64,000 nucleotides of DNA, taken from positions 32,001 through 96,000 of the forward strand of contig OZ244650.1 in assembly GCA_965218785.1 (NCBI GenBank). The letters are read 5' to 3'. Positions 62,847 through 64,000 of this stretch are shown piece after piece (the stretch's first letter is position 1; each line of letters opens with the position of its first letter). A model generated the notes under the pieces. That model was not told where the DNA came from, did no database searches, and was given only the letters and a program-made list of their open reading frames with translations. Position numbers and translations under genes: made by a program. This DNA comes from Nitrosopumilus sp. Lineage in GTDB: Archaea; Thermoproteota; Nitrososphaeria; Nitrososphaerales; Nitrosopumilaceae.

Positions 62847-63788
62847 CTAGTATTTCTTTTCAAGTTGAAAATCTATTTTGTAAGTGTAAAACTCTATGTT
62901 GTGAGCAACTGAAAGGGCATATTGAATTTTTATGTTATCTTCAGATGCGATTATGACTCCTCTTACATCTTGATTTTTTTCTGCAAGTTCTTTCTTTAGA
63001 TACCCCATGTATCTTTGACATTGTGCTACGGCAACGTCACTTGCTCTTCCTTTTTTGAGTTCTACTACAAGAAGTGTTTTGTTGTCTTTACTTACCGCTA
63101 GAATATCAATTGGGCCTGTATCAGTTGGATATTGCTGACCTACCACCTCATCATCATCTTTGTAAATATCATAAGTTTTACCAATTTCAGTGCTTCCCCA
63201 ATTTTGTACAAGAAAATCTTCAAGATGTTTTTCAAGAGCAAAAATACTTGGATCTTCTACAGTTTCATCATTTGAAAAAATTGTCTGAGGGCGATTTCCA
63301 GAAAGTAAATTCTCTATTTCTTTTGCATGTTTACTAATGTTAATTACAGTTCCATGTGCACCAATAGTATTACGAAGCTGTTTGCTCATCTCATTACGTG
63401 GAATTGTCTCTGTATACCATCGTACTGCACGATGATGAGGCAAGCCTTCATTTTTATGGAATTCATAATTATCTGTAACCTCACCCGCATAGTAGTTATT
63501 TTTGCCGTCATTTTTGCCGTCAGGACATATGACAACATCGCCAATCTGCATTTCTTTTGCTATTGTCCAGAGCATGCTAGAAGCAAGTCCGACAGCAATT
63601 CTTGTCTTACCTGGATTTTGTTCAAGAAAAATTGGTACAAGCACTTCAAAAAATCTACGCCGATCGCCTGAAAGATGACTCGTTAAATCTATATTTTGGA
63701 TAAATCCTGCTGCAATAAAATTGCCTTTATGTGCTTCTTCAGCAAAAGTATTCTTTTTACCTAGTATTACACGATAATAATTTCTCAT
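62847..63788 (-). CDS. EVE/PUA-like reader + NucS-type endonuclease domain protein
   Basis: MQIGDVVICP...GEV...Y...R.VRW; LEKHLEDFL, IDILA, VVELKKG, Q.QRYMG. Confidence 0.8.
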   Translation of the reverse strand: MRNYYRVILGKKNTFAEEAHKGNFIAAGFIQNIDLTSHLSGDRRRFFEVLVPIFLEQNPGKTRIAVGLASSMLWTIAKEMQIGDVVICPDGKNDGKNNYYAGEVTDNYEFHKNEGLPHHRAVRWYTETIPRNEMSKQLRNTIGAHGTVINISKHAKEIENLLSGNRPQTIFSNDETVEDPSIFALEKHLEDFLVQNWGSTEIGKTYDIYKDDDEVVGQQYPTDTGPIDILAVSKDNKTLLVVELKKGRASDVAVAQCQRYMGYLKKELAEKNQDVRGVIIASEDNIKIQYALSVAHNIEFYTYKIDFQLEKKY

Positions 63789-64000
63789 ATTGTTTGGTAG
63801 GAATTTACACTTTTAATAATTCTTTGATTTTATACGACAAAAAACATAGAAACTATGTCGTTATTTTAATTTCTTTACAGAACTGTATATTCATACCTGA
63901 CATCATATCACATCCGATCAATTTTTAAAACTTGTAAATACTTGTTATTGATATTAAATGCATGCAGCCTCTTCTTTTTGATGAAATGTATGAGGGAAAG

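Overview
Archaeal DNA, most likely an ammonia-oxidising archaeon (Nitrosopumilaceae-like). This is inferred from the ESCRT-III/CdvB, GPN GTPase, TBP, XPB-Bax1 and queE/folE/queC genes and from leaderless TATA-type promoters. Positions ~1-23 kb are mostly core genes and surface/membrane hypotheticals. From ~23.2 kb to the end is a visibly more AT-rich defence island. It holds an Abi_C/AbiJ-like gene, IS5 and IS66 remnants, a perfect 78-bp tandem-repeat gene, a HEPN operon, two Type I R-M loci, a DUF1998-type helicase next to a divergent TBP paralogue, a multi-reader McrBC, a Type IIG R-M enzyme, a PD-(D/E)XK nuclease and a NucS-domain nuclease. The best candidate for a new system is an invertible Type I R-M locus at 37.4-48.3 kb. 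Two outward-facing hsdS copies flank tyrosine recombinase-hsdR-hsdM-PIN and share two nested pairs of perfect inverted repeats (110 bp and 195 bp) that bracket different TRD2 cassettes, suggesting an archaeal hsdS shufflon. Other candidates are the Zn-ribbon helicase + TBP module, a structured RNA at 781-876 and several microproteins below the ORF-track cutoff. All family calls come from motifs read by eye; no database search was run.
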